Positions 29,782-39,127 of a stretch of DNA of 41,232 nt are shown here, one piece after another (position 1 is the stretch's first letter; each line of letters begins with the position of its first letter). Origin of the DNA: an uncultured archaeon. Its GTDB lineage: Archaea > Iainarchaeota > Iainarchaeia > Iainarchaeales > CSSED10-239. The notes under the pieces were generated by a model. It worked only from the letters and a program-made list of their open reading frames with translations. It had not been told where the DNA came from and searched no databases. The position numbers and the translations under genes are program-made. Location of the stretch: NCBI GenBank assembly GCA_964468895.1, contig CAYXWT010000002.1, positions 1 to 41,232 of the forward strand, in the 5' to 3' direction.

Positions 29782-29854
29782 TAGCCTGAAGGAGATTTGA
29801 ACTCCTGTCACAAGATCCAGGGTCTTGTATGCTTGGCCACTACACTATCAGGCT
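29782..29854 (-). tRNA. tRNA-Gln (anticodon CUG)
   Basis: Minus strand: AGCCTGA-TA-GTGTAGTGGCCAAGCATA-CAAGA-CCCTGGA-TCTTG-TGAC-AGGAG-TTCAAAT-CTCCT-TCAGGCT-A. Perfect 7-bp acceptor and 5-bp anticodon and T stems. T-loop TTCAAAT. A1:U72 and discriminator A as in archaeal tRNA-Gln. No encoded CCA. Position 33 is C rather than U. Confidence 0.75.
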
Positions 29855-29863
29855 AGAATATTA

Positions 29864-30466
29864 TTAAAATATATTGTATTTTTCATTAAGTATTTTATAT
29901 ACTTCAATCCAATTTTTAACTCTAGTTATGTTCTTAGGTAGTTTAAAGTCATATTTATTCCAATGATATTCTCCATTTAAATCGAATAATATTACTGGAA
30001 TACCTACTTTAGAACATTTTAATGCATTACTTAAATTGTCGTCAATTAAAATATCTATGTTAAGTTCTTTACAAATTTCATCTTTATCTTTTACAATTCC
30101 TAAAAGGTCTTTATATTCTATATGTTTAATATCTTCAAAAAAGATATTTTCAAAATATTTTTCAACCCATAGTTTAGTTCTTTTAGCAAGATTTATGTGT
30201 CTAGCAGTAATAAGATAAATTTGATTATTTAAATCTATTTTTTCAATAATTTTTTTTGCATCCTGTATTGGATCAACAAATTTTAAATCTTCTTTAAGTA
30301 TAATTTTATGAAATATATTAATTCTTTTTTTAATTTCTTCTTCATCTTTAGTTTCATATAAAGGATTAGAATTAATGCTAGAATCTATATGTTTTTGATA
30401 GTATTTTATCATTGCTTTACTTGTATAACATATTGTTTCATCAATATCTATTGCTATTTTAGCCAT
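29864..30466 (-). CDS. HAD-superfamily hydrolase, 5'(3')-deoxyribonucleotidase-like
   Basis: N-terminal MAKIAIDIDETI matches HAD motif I DxDxT. Size about 200 aa. Confidence 0.4.
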   Translation of the reverse strand: MAKIAIDIDETICYTSKAMIKYYQKHIDSSINSNPLYETKDEEEIKKRINIFHKIILKEDLKFVDPIQDAKKIIEKIDLNNQIYLITARHINLAKRTKLWVEKYFENIFFEDIKHIEYKDLLGIVKDKDEICKELNIDILIDDNLSNALKCSKVGIPVILFDLNGEYHWNKYDFKLPKNITRVKNWIEVYKILNEKYNIF

Positions 30467-30477
30467 TTTTATCACAA

Positions 30478-31566
30478 TTATTTATTTATAATTTCTAAAG
30501 CAGTTTGTTTAAATTTTTCTTTTTTATTTTGATGTTCTTTTAGAAATTTATTTAAGAAAGAAACACAATTTTTTTTACATTCCCCGCAAAGTAATTCTCC
30601 ATTTTTACATTTATTAAAAGTTTGATTTAAAAATTCATCATCAGCATTGTGAAATTTAAAAATTTCATAAATTTTACAGATTTGTGGTTGTCCACCTTTT
30701 TCTTTTTGTTCTTCAAGAGTAATTCTACCACCTGTAAATGATTTATTTATTTTTCTTTTAACTTCATCGCTAGTATCATTTAAAAATATAGCAGTATCAG
30801 GTTCTGAAGATGACATTTTTTTACCTTCTTTAAGACCTGATTGGTGTTGAAAATAGAAAAAAGATGGTGTTTCAAAATCATAATTACATCTTTTTGAAAT
30901 ATCTCTTGTAATTCTAGCATGTGGATCTTGTTCAATTCCAATTCCTGTAATTGTTGGTGATTTTCCAAATTCATTTGGTAGTTGTATATGTAATATATCT
31001 GCAATTTGTAATAATACAGATCCAAGTTTCCCATAATCAGAATGTCCATAAATTGCTCTAAACATATTTTCTGTAATTTTTTTAGAAATTTCATAACTTA
31101 AAGTATAATATTGTGGTTTCTGATTAGATTGTAAATAAATATCATCTTTATCAACACCTAATGCTAGTAAATCCATAAGATTATCTAAAGCATATTCTTT
31201 AGATTTATCTAAGTTTGGAACTTTATAATCTTCTCTACTTATATATGCATCAATATCAGAAATTACAAATTTACTTTTTGCACCTAGTTTTTTAAAAATT
31301 AAATAAAAATCTATATCTAATTTGTGACCTAAATGATATGACCCTGAAGAAGCAATACCTGTAAGTTGTGAAAATGGTTTTTTATTTTGTATGCATTGTT
31401 CAATTTTATCAAAATCCCTTTGTGCAATAATAATTTTTCTATTAAATAAATAATTGTTTATTATATTGTAAGATTCAAATTCTTTAAGTCCAAATTTACT
31501 AAATACATGTTTATAATTTTCAATTTTTGATGATCCCCAAGGATCTATAATTTTAGTTTCACTCAT
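30478..31566 (-). CDS. trpS: tryptophanyl-tRNA synthetase (archaeal/eukaryotic type, class I)
   Basis: N-terminal IDPWGSS (compare DPWTV of eukaryotic TrpRS), HIGH-variant SYHLGH, KMSKS-variant KMSSSEP, FTGGR (compare FSGGR), TGIGIEQDPHARITRD. Confidence 0.8.
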   Translation of the reverse strand: MSETKIIDPWGSSKIENYKHVFSKFGLKEFESYNIINNYLFNRKIIIAQRDFDKIEQCIQNKKPFSQLTGIASSGSYHLGHKLDIDFYLIFKKLGAKSKFVISDIDAYISREDYKVPNLDKSKEYALDNLMDLLALGVDKDDIYLQSNQKPQYYTLSYEISKKITENMFRAIYGHSDYGKLGSVLLQIADILHIQLPNEFGKSPTITGIGIEQDPHARITRDISKRCNYDFETPSFFYFQHQSGLKEGKKMSSSEPDTAIFLNDTSDEVKRKINKSFTGGRITLEEQKEKGGQPQICKIYEIFKFHNADDEFLNQTFNKCKNGELLCGECKKNCVSFLNKFLKEHQNKKEKFKQTALEIINK

Positions 31567-31702
31567 AATTATTTATACCTTTATTTTTAGAATGCTTTTT
31601 TTATATAATATTTATATATACAATATATTAAAATATTTACTAAAGTAAAAATAATCGTTATATCTTTAAAAATAAATTTAATTGTCAAGAAATAGCATAT
31701 AT

Positions 31703-32674
31703 TTAATAAAAATACTTCTGTTCATAAAATATAGTTATGACTTCTAGATTATCTATATTTTTATAAAACTTATTTTTAATTTCAGTAATATTATATAGAA
31801 ATTCCGTTTTAGATTTTACTTCAAAACTTATTTCTAAATCAAAACAGCCTATAACTTTAGAGATATCTATAACATTAAGATTATTTTTAAGATATAATAT
31901 GATGTTTCTACTGTTTTCTATACTCAAATCTTTAAATTTAATAAGTAATTTATATTTTTCTATATTTAATTTATTAAAATCTAAAAACATACTTTGTTTT
32001 AATATTATTCCATTATTTTTAAATTTATTAATGGATTTAACAAAATATACAGTATCAATATTTAGTTCATTACAAATGTCTACAGTACTAATTCTACTAT
32101 TGTTTGTTAGTATTTCTAAAATTTTTATATCTTTATTTTTTAATATTAATCTTTTAGAATCTAAAAATGTACTTTTTTCTAAATTTAAATTTCTAAACTT
32201 ATTATTTAAATAATCTTTGTAATAATAGTATTTTTCAAAAGTTTCTAAAATTAAGTAGTTTTTAAAATTTTTATAAAACAAGTTTCTAAAAGCTGTAAAT
32301 TTATTATTAAAATCATATGTGTTTTTAGAAATAAATTCTATTATTAAATCATAATTGTTACAGCATTCGCATATATAGTTAATATATTTTTTATCTTTTA
32401 AGTAAGAAATTATTTTTTCTAGATTTTCAGAATTTGTATTAAGTTTTAAATATATTTTATGATTTTTAAAACCTAGTTTATAATAATCAATAATAGTAAT
32501 GAAATTTAGAATGATTTTTTCTTCAATTAGTTTATTTAATCTATAACTTACCAATTGTTGGGAATTTTTTATTTTTTTAGAAATTTTAGATAGGCTCTGT
32601 CTAGAATTTTTTTCTAGCTCTAAGATAAGTTTTAAATCTAACTTATCGATTTTCACAATAAATTTATAGTACAA
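31703..32674 (-). CDS. putative transcriptional regulator with two Lrp/AsnC-type winged-helix HTH domains
   Basis: Two segments LKLILELEKNSRQSLSKISKKIKNSQQLVSYRLNKL and IKILEILTNNSRISTVDICNELNIDTVYFVKSINKF resemble HTH_AsnC. Confidence 0.4.
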   Translation of the reverse strand: MYYKFIVKIDKLDLKLILELEKNSRQSLSKISKKIKNSQQLVSYRLNKLIEEKIILNFITIIDYYKLGFKNHKIYLKLNTNSENLEKIISYLKDKKYINYICECCNNYDLIIEFISKNTYDFNNKFTAFRNLFYKNFKNYLILETFEKYYYYKDYLNNKFRNLNLEKSTFLDSKRLILKNKDIKILEILTNNSRISTVDICNELNIDTVYFVKSINKFKNNGIILKQSMFLDFNKLNIEKYKLLIKFKDLSIENSRNIILYLKNNLNVIDISKVIGCFDLEISFEVKSKTEFLYNITEIKNKFYKNIDNLEVITIFYEQKYFY

Positions 32675-32745
32675 TTGCTTATTTAAAATGAGATTATAAT
32701 GCTAAAGAAACTAATCTATAATTAAGATTTAACTAAGATGTAATT

Positions 32746-34656
32746 TCATTTGATTTCAAAGAAAGAAGAAATTTCTTTTTCTAAGTTTTTAGTAAGTTTT
32801 ATTTTTTCAGATTTTGGTAAGCATCTTCTATAACTTTCCCATAAATATCTTTTATCCATATATATAATTGTACCTTTATCACTTTCTGTTCTAATTACTC
32901 TTCCAGCACTTTGTATTACTTTTTGAATAGCTGGTTGAATATAAGCATATAAAAGTCCATTATTATATTTATCTTGATAATATCCAATTTTAGATTTTAT
33001 TTCAAGATTCATTCTAGCAAGAGGTATTCCAATAATGATTGCAGCTTTAAGATAATTTCCTGGTAAATCAATACCTTCTGAAGCTTTACCACCCATAACT
33101 GCAAATAAATTGGATCCAAATCTTAAAGAATGTTCTTTAAATTCATTAATCATTTTTTCAAAATCTAAGGGATCTTGATTTTCTTGTTGTATTAGTTTTG
33201 GTTTATTACTTTTTACTAAATCTACAACTTGATTAAGAATTCCAAAACTTGGAAAAAAAATAATTGTGTTTCCAGGTATTTTTTTAACACATTCATCTAT
33301 ATTTTGAGCAATATTTTTATATTCTTGTATATTTCTAGATGCAAATTTTGTAGTTATATTACTAACTAATAAATTTAATCTTTTATCTTTGTCAAAAGGT
33401 GAAGTATATTCTTTTAATAATGTACTTTCATTTAAACCAAGTATTTTTTGATACATATTTAAAGGTGTTAATGTTGCTGACATTAATATATTTGAATGTG
33501 TGTTTTCAAAAATATTTTTTGTAATTAAAGATACATCTAATGCATTATATTTTATACTTATTGTGTTTTTATCATTTGTAATAAATCTAATATGTGCTTT
33601 TAAATTTTCATTCCATTCTTTTAAAAAAAGTGCAATGTTTACTAATGAAGAGCTATGTTTATTTAATTTTTCAACATATTCTAAACCACTCTCTTCTAGA
33701 TTTGTAATTATGTCATGATAATTATTTTCTAATTTTGGAAAAAATAAATCTTCTTTAGTAATAAATTCTTCTTTTTTATTTTTTAAATATTTTTCTTCTA
33801 ACTTTTCAAATTTATGTAAAAATTCTATTAATATAGATTTTAGAACTGAATTTTTTAATTCTTTACATTCTTTTATAGCTCTATTTATAATGTAAGTATT
33901 AAGAGATCTAGATTGTAATTTTAATACTCTTTCTTCTAAATTATGAGCTTCATCAACTATAACTATACAATTATTAATATCTATTCCTAATTCAGTAAGA
34001 AAATTTCCAGATACACTTGTAGAAAAAAGATGATAATAATCTGCAATAATTATTTTACAACTTTTACCATATATTTTTGCAAGTTCATAAGCGCACAAAG
34101 GTTTATTTAGTCCATTAGATTTAAAATTTTCTGCTATATCTTTTATTTCTAAATGACTAAGTATGTTTTCATTTTCTAATAATCTATTTATTTTAAATTT
34201 CATATTTTCTTTTGTAGATTTATCCTTTGGCTTTATATTTTCATAAAATGAACATTGGTGTTTCTTAGTTGCTTGACTACAAATTTCATAAAAATTAGAG
34301 TTTACATTTCTAATTACTGGATCTGTACACATTTTCTTTTTTCCAACAAATTCTATTGCTTTTATATCTAAATCATATTTATTATTAATACCTCTAATTA
34401 CTTCTAGTGCAATTTTATGTTGTGAAATTTTAGGTGTTAGAAATAAGATTTTAATATCTTTATCTTTAGCATAACTTATTGCTGCTGACAAAGCAGCATC
34501 TGTTTTACCAATACCTGTTGGTGCATGTAATAACATGCTTTTTTTAGAATTAATTGTACTATATATATCAGTAATAATTTCATTTTGTTCTTTTCTAAAA
34601 CTATTATGTCTAAAATAGATTTTTTTAGTAGTATTATTATTTTCTATATTTTGCAT
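32746..34656 (-). CDS. xpd: XPD/Rad3-like (DinG family) 5'-3' DNA helicase with Fe-S domain
   Basis: Motif I LLHAPTGIGKT, DEAH box VIVDEAHNLEE, and an Fe-S Cys cluster (CTD...C...C..C) between motifs I and II. About 636 aa, typical of archaeal XPD. Confidence 0.8.
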   Translation of the reverse strand: MQNIENNNTTKKIYFRHNSFRKEQNEIITDIYSTINSKKSMLLHAPTGIGKTDAALSAAISYAKDKDIKILFLTPKISQHKIALEVIRGINNKYDLDIKAIEFVGKKKMCTDPVIRNVNSNFYEICSQATKKHQCSFYENIKPKDKSTKENMKFKINRLLENENILSHLEIKDIAENFKSNGLNKPLCAYELAKIYGKSCKIIIADYYHLFSTSVSGNFLTELGIDINNCIVIVDEAHNLEERVLKLQSRSLNTYIINRAIKECKELKNSVLKSILIEFLHKFEKLEEKYLKNKKEEFITKEDLFFPKLENNYHDIITNLEESGLEYVEKLNKHSSSLVNIALFLKEWNENLKAHIRFITNDKNTISIKYNALDVSLITKNIFENTHSNILMSATLTPLNMYQKILGLNESTLLKEYTSPFDKDKRLNLLVSNITTKFASRNIQEYKNIAQNIDECVKKIPGNTIIFFPSFGILNQVVDLVKSNKPKLIQQENQDPLDFEKMINEFKEHSLRFGSNLFAVMGGKASEGIDLPGNYLKAAIIIGIPLARMNLEIKSKIGYYQDKYNNGLLYAYIQPAIQKVIQSAGRVIRTESDKGTIIYMDKRYLWESYRRCLPKSEKIKLTKNLEKEISSFFEIK

Positions 34657-34784
34657 ATTTTATCAAAATTAAATATATTTTTAAATTAAGCTTTGTTTTA
34701 AATAATTATATCTGTAAATTTATATATATCTTTGTAAAGGGTAAGTGGCCATTGCTTTTTAAATATTTTTAACTAATTATTGTT

Positions 34785-35936
34785 ATGACTAAAGATTTAA
34801 AGATTATTTCTTGTTATGGAAATAATTATGATTTAGGATATTTACAAGGTAAAGCTCTTAAAAATGAAATTAAATCTAATATTAATGAATTATTAGTTAA
34901 TAATAAATATTTTCCACATATGAAGTTTTTACCAACTAATAGTATTTCAGATTTAACTAGTTTATATATAGATTATAAATTTAAAGATAATTCTAATAAT
35001 ATAGTTTTATCTTTATGGATGGAAAGATTGCAAGGTATTATAGATGGTGCTAAATGTAAGAAAAATTTAATTAAAAGTATTCAAATTTTAGAAGCAATTT
35101 ATGTTCCATTAGGAACATCTTTTTGTACAAGTTTTGCATTTCATAAAAGTAAAACTAATAAATTAGGCCCAGTAATACTTAAAAATTATGATATTGCAGA
35201 TATTATAAGACCATTTAGTTTTTTAAGATATTGTGAACCTAAAAATAAATTTAAAAACTTTGATATGGCTTTAAGTGTTCAACCAGGGGCTCATACTTTA
35301 ATAAATGAAAAAGGATTTTGTATTTCTTTTAATTTTGGAGTTACTTTAATGGATCCAAAAATTGGTGTGCTTCCAACTTTTATTGCTCAGTATGGTATTG
35401 AAAATTTTTCTACAACTAAAGAATTTGTACATTGGGTAAGTGATGTTGTTGCTGCTCAAGGTTGTTTATTTACTGTGTGTGATATTAATTCTAATATTTG
35501 TGTTGTTGAAAAAATTGGAGCAATAACAAGTGTTAGGAAAGCTATTGATGGTGCAACAGTTGCTACTAATCATTATGTTAGTAATTCTTTAGCACCTTTA
35601 AATTTTGATATAAAAACAACTTATAGTAAAAGTAGTCCACCTTGTCTTAGAAATGTAAGTGTAAATAAATCTAATATTTTAAGATATAATAGAGGTAGAA
35701 AACTAATTACTAAATTTAAATCTAAAAAAATAGATTTAGAAGATATTAAAACAATTGCTAAAGATCATAACAATAAAAAAGAAGGTAGTGAAGAAAGTAT
35801 TTGTAGGCATCATCCAATACTTGGTACTGCAGGATCTGTAATTTTACAACCTAAAGAAAATAAAATTTTAGTTTGTAATGGTAAACCTTGTAAAGAAAAA
35901 TATAAAGAAATAGATTTAAATAATTATTTTAAATAA
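34785..35936 (+). CDS. Ntn-hydrolase, peptidase C45 / acyl-CoA:6-APA acyltransferase-like (choloylglycine hydrolase superfamily)
   Basis: Candidate self-processing site PLGTSF|CTSFAF with a Cys nucleophile. Size and layout match C45 proteins. Motif recognition only. Confidence 0.4.
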   Translation: MTKDLKIISCYGNNYDLGYLQGKALKNEIKSNINELLVNNKYFPHMKFLPTNSISDLTSLYIDYKFKDNSNNIVLSLWMERLQGIIDGAKCKKNLIKSIQILEAIYVPLGTSFCTSFAFHKSKTNKLGPVILKNYDIADIIRPFSFLRYCEPKNKFKNFDMALSVQPGAHTLINEKGFCISFNFGVTLMDPKIGVLPTFIAQYGIENFSTTKEFVHWVSDVVAAQGCLFTVCDINSNICVVEKIGAITSVRKAIDGATVATNHYVSNSLAPLNFDIKTTYSKSSPPCLRNVSVNKSNILRYNRGRKLITKFKSKKIDLEDIKTIAKDHNNKKEGSEESICRHHPILGTAGSVILQPKENKILVCNGKPCKEKYKEIDLNNYFK

Positions 35937-35944
35937 AATATTTT

Positions 35945-36802
35945 TTGATTAATATGAATAATAAAAGTAATATTAGTTTTTCTAATATTAAAAAAGGTGT
36001 TATATATTATTTTTCAGGTACTGGTAATACTTTGTGGGTTGTTAATAAATATTTAGAATTATTTTATAAAGAAAATATTGAAATAGATTTAATAGATATT
36101 TCTAAAACTTATAGTATTGGTAGTCAAAGTAAATATGATTTTTTGTGTTTTGCATATCCTACTTATGCTTGTAATCCACCTTATTTTATTAAACTTTTTA
36201 TAAATAATTTTCCTAAGGTTAATAATAAACCTTGTTTTTTAATTAGTACTGCTGCAAAGTTACATTGGGATGTATTAGGATTAAGTGCTAGAATTCTTAG
36301 AAATAAAGGTTATAATGTTCTTGCAACTTTTAAATATTATATGCCACATAATATTAGTTTTATGTTTGGTATTCATGTTTCTAAAAATCTTAAAATTAAT
36401 ACAATTCTAGATAAAGCTGATACAAAAATAAACCTAGATTTTGTAAATTTAATTAATAGACAAGCAAAACCTAATTTTAGTGATTTTGCTATATTATCCT
36501 CAATTGTATCTTGGTTTTTTAATAGTTTTATAATAAAAGCTAATATTAATCATTGGACTGTTGATAAAGATAAATGTACTTTATGTGGACTTTGTGAAAA
36601 TATTTGTCCTAATAATAATATTACTATTAAATATAAAAAGAAAAAAGTAATTTTTGGAAATGATTGTTTATTTTGTGGACGTTGTTATAATTTTTGTCCT
36701 CAAAGAGCAATTGATTATAAAAATAATAAATTCAAAAAAGATTTTGGAAGATATATTAAATTCAAAAATCTTTTGTGTGAAGATAATGATTTTAAAAGAT
36801 AA
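35945..36802 (+). CDS. flavodoxin-like domain fused to a 2x[4Fe-4S] ferredoxin domain
   Basis: Flavodoxin signature YYFSGTGNT near the N-terminus. Two C-terminal CxxCxxCxxxCP motifs (CTLCGLCENICP, CLFCGRCYNFCP). Confidence 0.65.
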   Translation: MINMNNKSNISFSNIKKGVIYYFSGTGNTLWVVNKYLELFYKENIEIDLIDISKTYSIGSQSKYDFLCFAYPTYACNPPYFIKLFINNFPKVNNKPCFLISTAAKLHWDVLGLSARILRNKGYNVLATFKYYMPHNISFMFGIHVSKNLKINTILDKADTKINLDFVNLINRQAKPNFSDFAILSSIVSWFFNSFIIKANINHWTVDKDKCTLCGLCENICPNNNITIKYKKKKVIFGNDCLFCGRCYNFCPQRAIDYKNNKFKKDFGRYIKFKNLLCEDNDFKR

Positions 36803-36938
36803 TTTTATAATTTATATGTTTAATGGAATATTATCTTAATCTATTTATGAAATTTATATTGTAAAATCAAATTTGTATAATTAAATTATTTTATATGATA
36901 ATAAAACATATTTAAATATTATCTCTAATTATTTTATT

Positions 36939-38881
36939 ATGATTCTAACAAATTATTTTCTAAAGCCTAAATGTAAATCTGATTCTAAAAAAGTATCAGC
37001 TCTTTAATTGCAGTTATTCTCTTAGTTTTGGTGGTTGTGGTTTTAATAACTATTATATTAAATTGGAGTAAATTATTTACTAACAAACAATTAATTCAAA
37101 CAAATAATTTTGCAACAGAAAGTATAGCTGTTCAAGATTCTACTTTAATGTTAAAAACAGAACTTGCTGCTTCATCAAACTATACATAAAGAATAATTGT
37201 TAAAAATATAACTTCTAACACTACTGGTATTTTAACTGGTTATAAAATACTAGTTACTGAAAATCCTAATGATTATAATTTTTTAAATACAAAAATAGAT
37301 TTTGATACAGAGGTAACTGTGTTACCTGGAAATATAAATAACTTTGAAGTAGTTTGTTTTCCTTCTAGAAAATTTGATTTGTTACTTTACACAAATCATA
37401 ATACTACAGAAAAAATAACAGTTAATGTAAATATTTATGATCCTTTATCTTGTGCTCAATATGATGCCAATATTAACCTACCAATAATAAGTAGTGTAGT
37501 TTCTAATAATAGTGGTATTTATAGTGATGGAGATGAAATTAATCTAACTGTTACTAGTAATGCTACTGGTCAAAACTTAACAGCTGATTTTTCAGAAATA
37601 GATTCTAATTATGATGTTGGTGAAGAAGTAGTAACTGATAATGATAATAAAACTTATAATATAGTTTATACAATATTAGTATATAATATTCGTTGTGATT
37701 CTTTTTATGATATTAATATAACAGCAACAGATGATTTTGATTTTAGTGATAGTGAAACTGAAAATGTTGAATTAGATAATGTGGCTCTAAATGTTACTGT
37801 TAATCTATTAACTACAACCGTTACTGCTCCTGATTTAAATGGGACTATTAATGATTCAATAGCAACTCTTAGTTTGGTTGTAGATGGAGAAACTTATACT
37901 CCAACTAATAATGGAGATGATACTTGGAGTCTAACAAATGTAAATGAACTTGAAGCTGGTACTTATGATGTTAATATTTGTGCAACTGATAGTATTGGAA
38001 ATGTAGTTTGTGATAATAGTGTTAATGAATTAGTTATAGAAGAAGTTATAGAAGACTTAACTTGTCCGAATGGTTACGTGTTAGTACCAAATGACCTTAC
38101 TTATAACACAGGAGACTTTTGTGTAATGCAATTTGAAGCAAAAGTTGATCAAAATAGTGATGGTATTGGAGATAGTAATAGTTTTTGTCAATATGATTCT
38201 TATCATGTTTGGGGTAATGATACTAATGGCTGTTCTTATACTGAACCTGGAAGATCAGTTATAAGTACAATAGAAGGTTATCCTTTAGCTTATATTAGTT
38301 GGATAAATGCTAAAGCTGCTTGTGAAAGTATTGGGACAGGTTATCATTTAATAACTAATGATGAATGGATGACAATTGCTAGAAATATAGAATCTCAAGG
38401 TGAAAATTGGAGTACAGGTACTGTTGGCTTAGGATATATTCCACGAGGTAATAGTGGATGTAATTGGGCTATTGATGGTACTACTGTTTTGATTGGAATA
38501 CATCAGAGAAATTTAATATTAAGTAATGGAAATGAAATTAATGATCTTGTAGGAAATGTTGCTGAGTGGGTAGATAAAACCATTACTAGAGGGAATCTGC
38601 CTCAGCCTCAACCATATAATTCAAGTTTAGAATATGATGATATATTAAGTTATGGTTCACTTAATAGAGATGCCTACGATTTTGCAATAGGTAAAGACTA
38701 TAATTCTGATAATAGTATAGGTGTCTTGAATAATAATTATCTTGCTGGTTCATTACATGTAGTGCCTTTTGTGCGTGGTGGTGATTGGTGGAAGGAGGCA
38801 GGTGCAGGTATTTTGACTTTAAGCTTATACTTTGACTGTCCGGTCATACAGTATGGTTTTCGTTGTTCTGTAGGATCATAA
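36939..38881 (+). pseudogene. disrupted paralog of the 7097–8470 pilin-like FGE/DUF1566-domain surface protein
   Basis: After ATG about 36939 the frame shifts within an A6 tract (36987–36992); adding one A gives MILTNYFLKPKCKSDSKKSISSLIAVILLVLVVVVLITIIL, homologous to the paralog N-terminus. An in-frame TAA at about 37187 follows. ORF 37319–38881 then encodes a long Thr/Asn-rich repeat region and the conserved C-terminal domain (CPNGYVLVP...FCVMQFEAKVDQNSDGIGDSN...HLITNDEWMTIARNIE...GNVAEWVDK...RGGDWW...GFRCSVGS). Confidence 0.6.
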
Positions 38882-38887
38882 ATTAAA

Positions 38888-38934
38888 AATAACAGTTTTT
38901 TTTGACCTTGAATAATGATTGGATAACTGTTATT
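38888..38934 (+). terminator. hairpin (10-bp perfect stem AATAACAGTT/AACTGTTATT) containing a T8 tract, immediately after the stop of the pilin paralog
   Basis: The inverted repeat is exactly complementary. The T8 run is at the 5' side of the loop. Archaeal termination is oligo-T dependent. Confidence 0.3.
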
Positions 38935-39127
38935 TGTTATCTATATGGGTAAATTTAAATTTAATTATTTTTAAGTCACCTATTTTGTGGTTGGCCCTTT
39001 ATTTAATTTTTTTAAAAAGTTTTGTTTTTAGATACCATTTTAAACAATACTTTTAAATACACTAACTTCTACTTTTATAATATATATTTTAAAAATTTAA
39101 ATGATAAATTAAGAAGGTTGAAAAAAT

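Noticed and set aside
29755-29811. N-terminal extension (GTG start) of the small minus-strand ORF 29533–29811
   Set aside because: The extension would run into the tRNA-Gln gene (29782–29854). An internal Met gives a non-overlapping 73-aa product.
30036-34000. Small ORFs 30036–30218, 30780–31094, 31899–32213, 33500–33718 and 36654–36839
   Set aside because: Each lies inside or antisense to a larger motif-supported gene (HAD, trpS, regulator, xpd, flavodoxin-ferredoxin).
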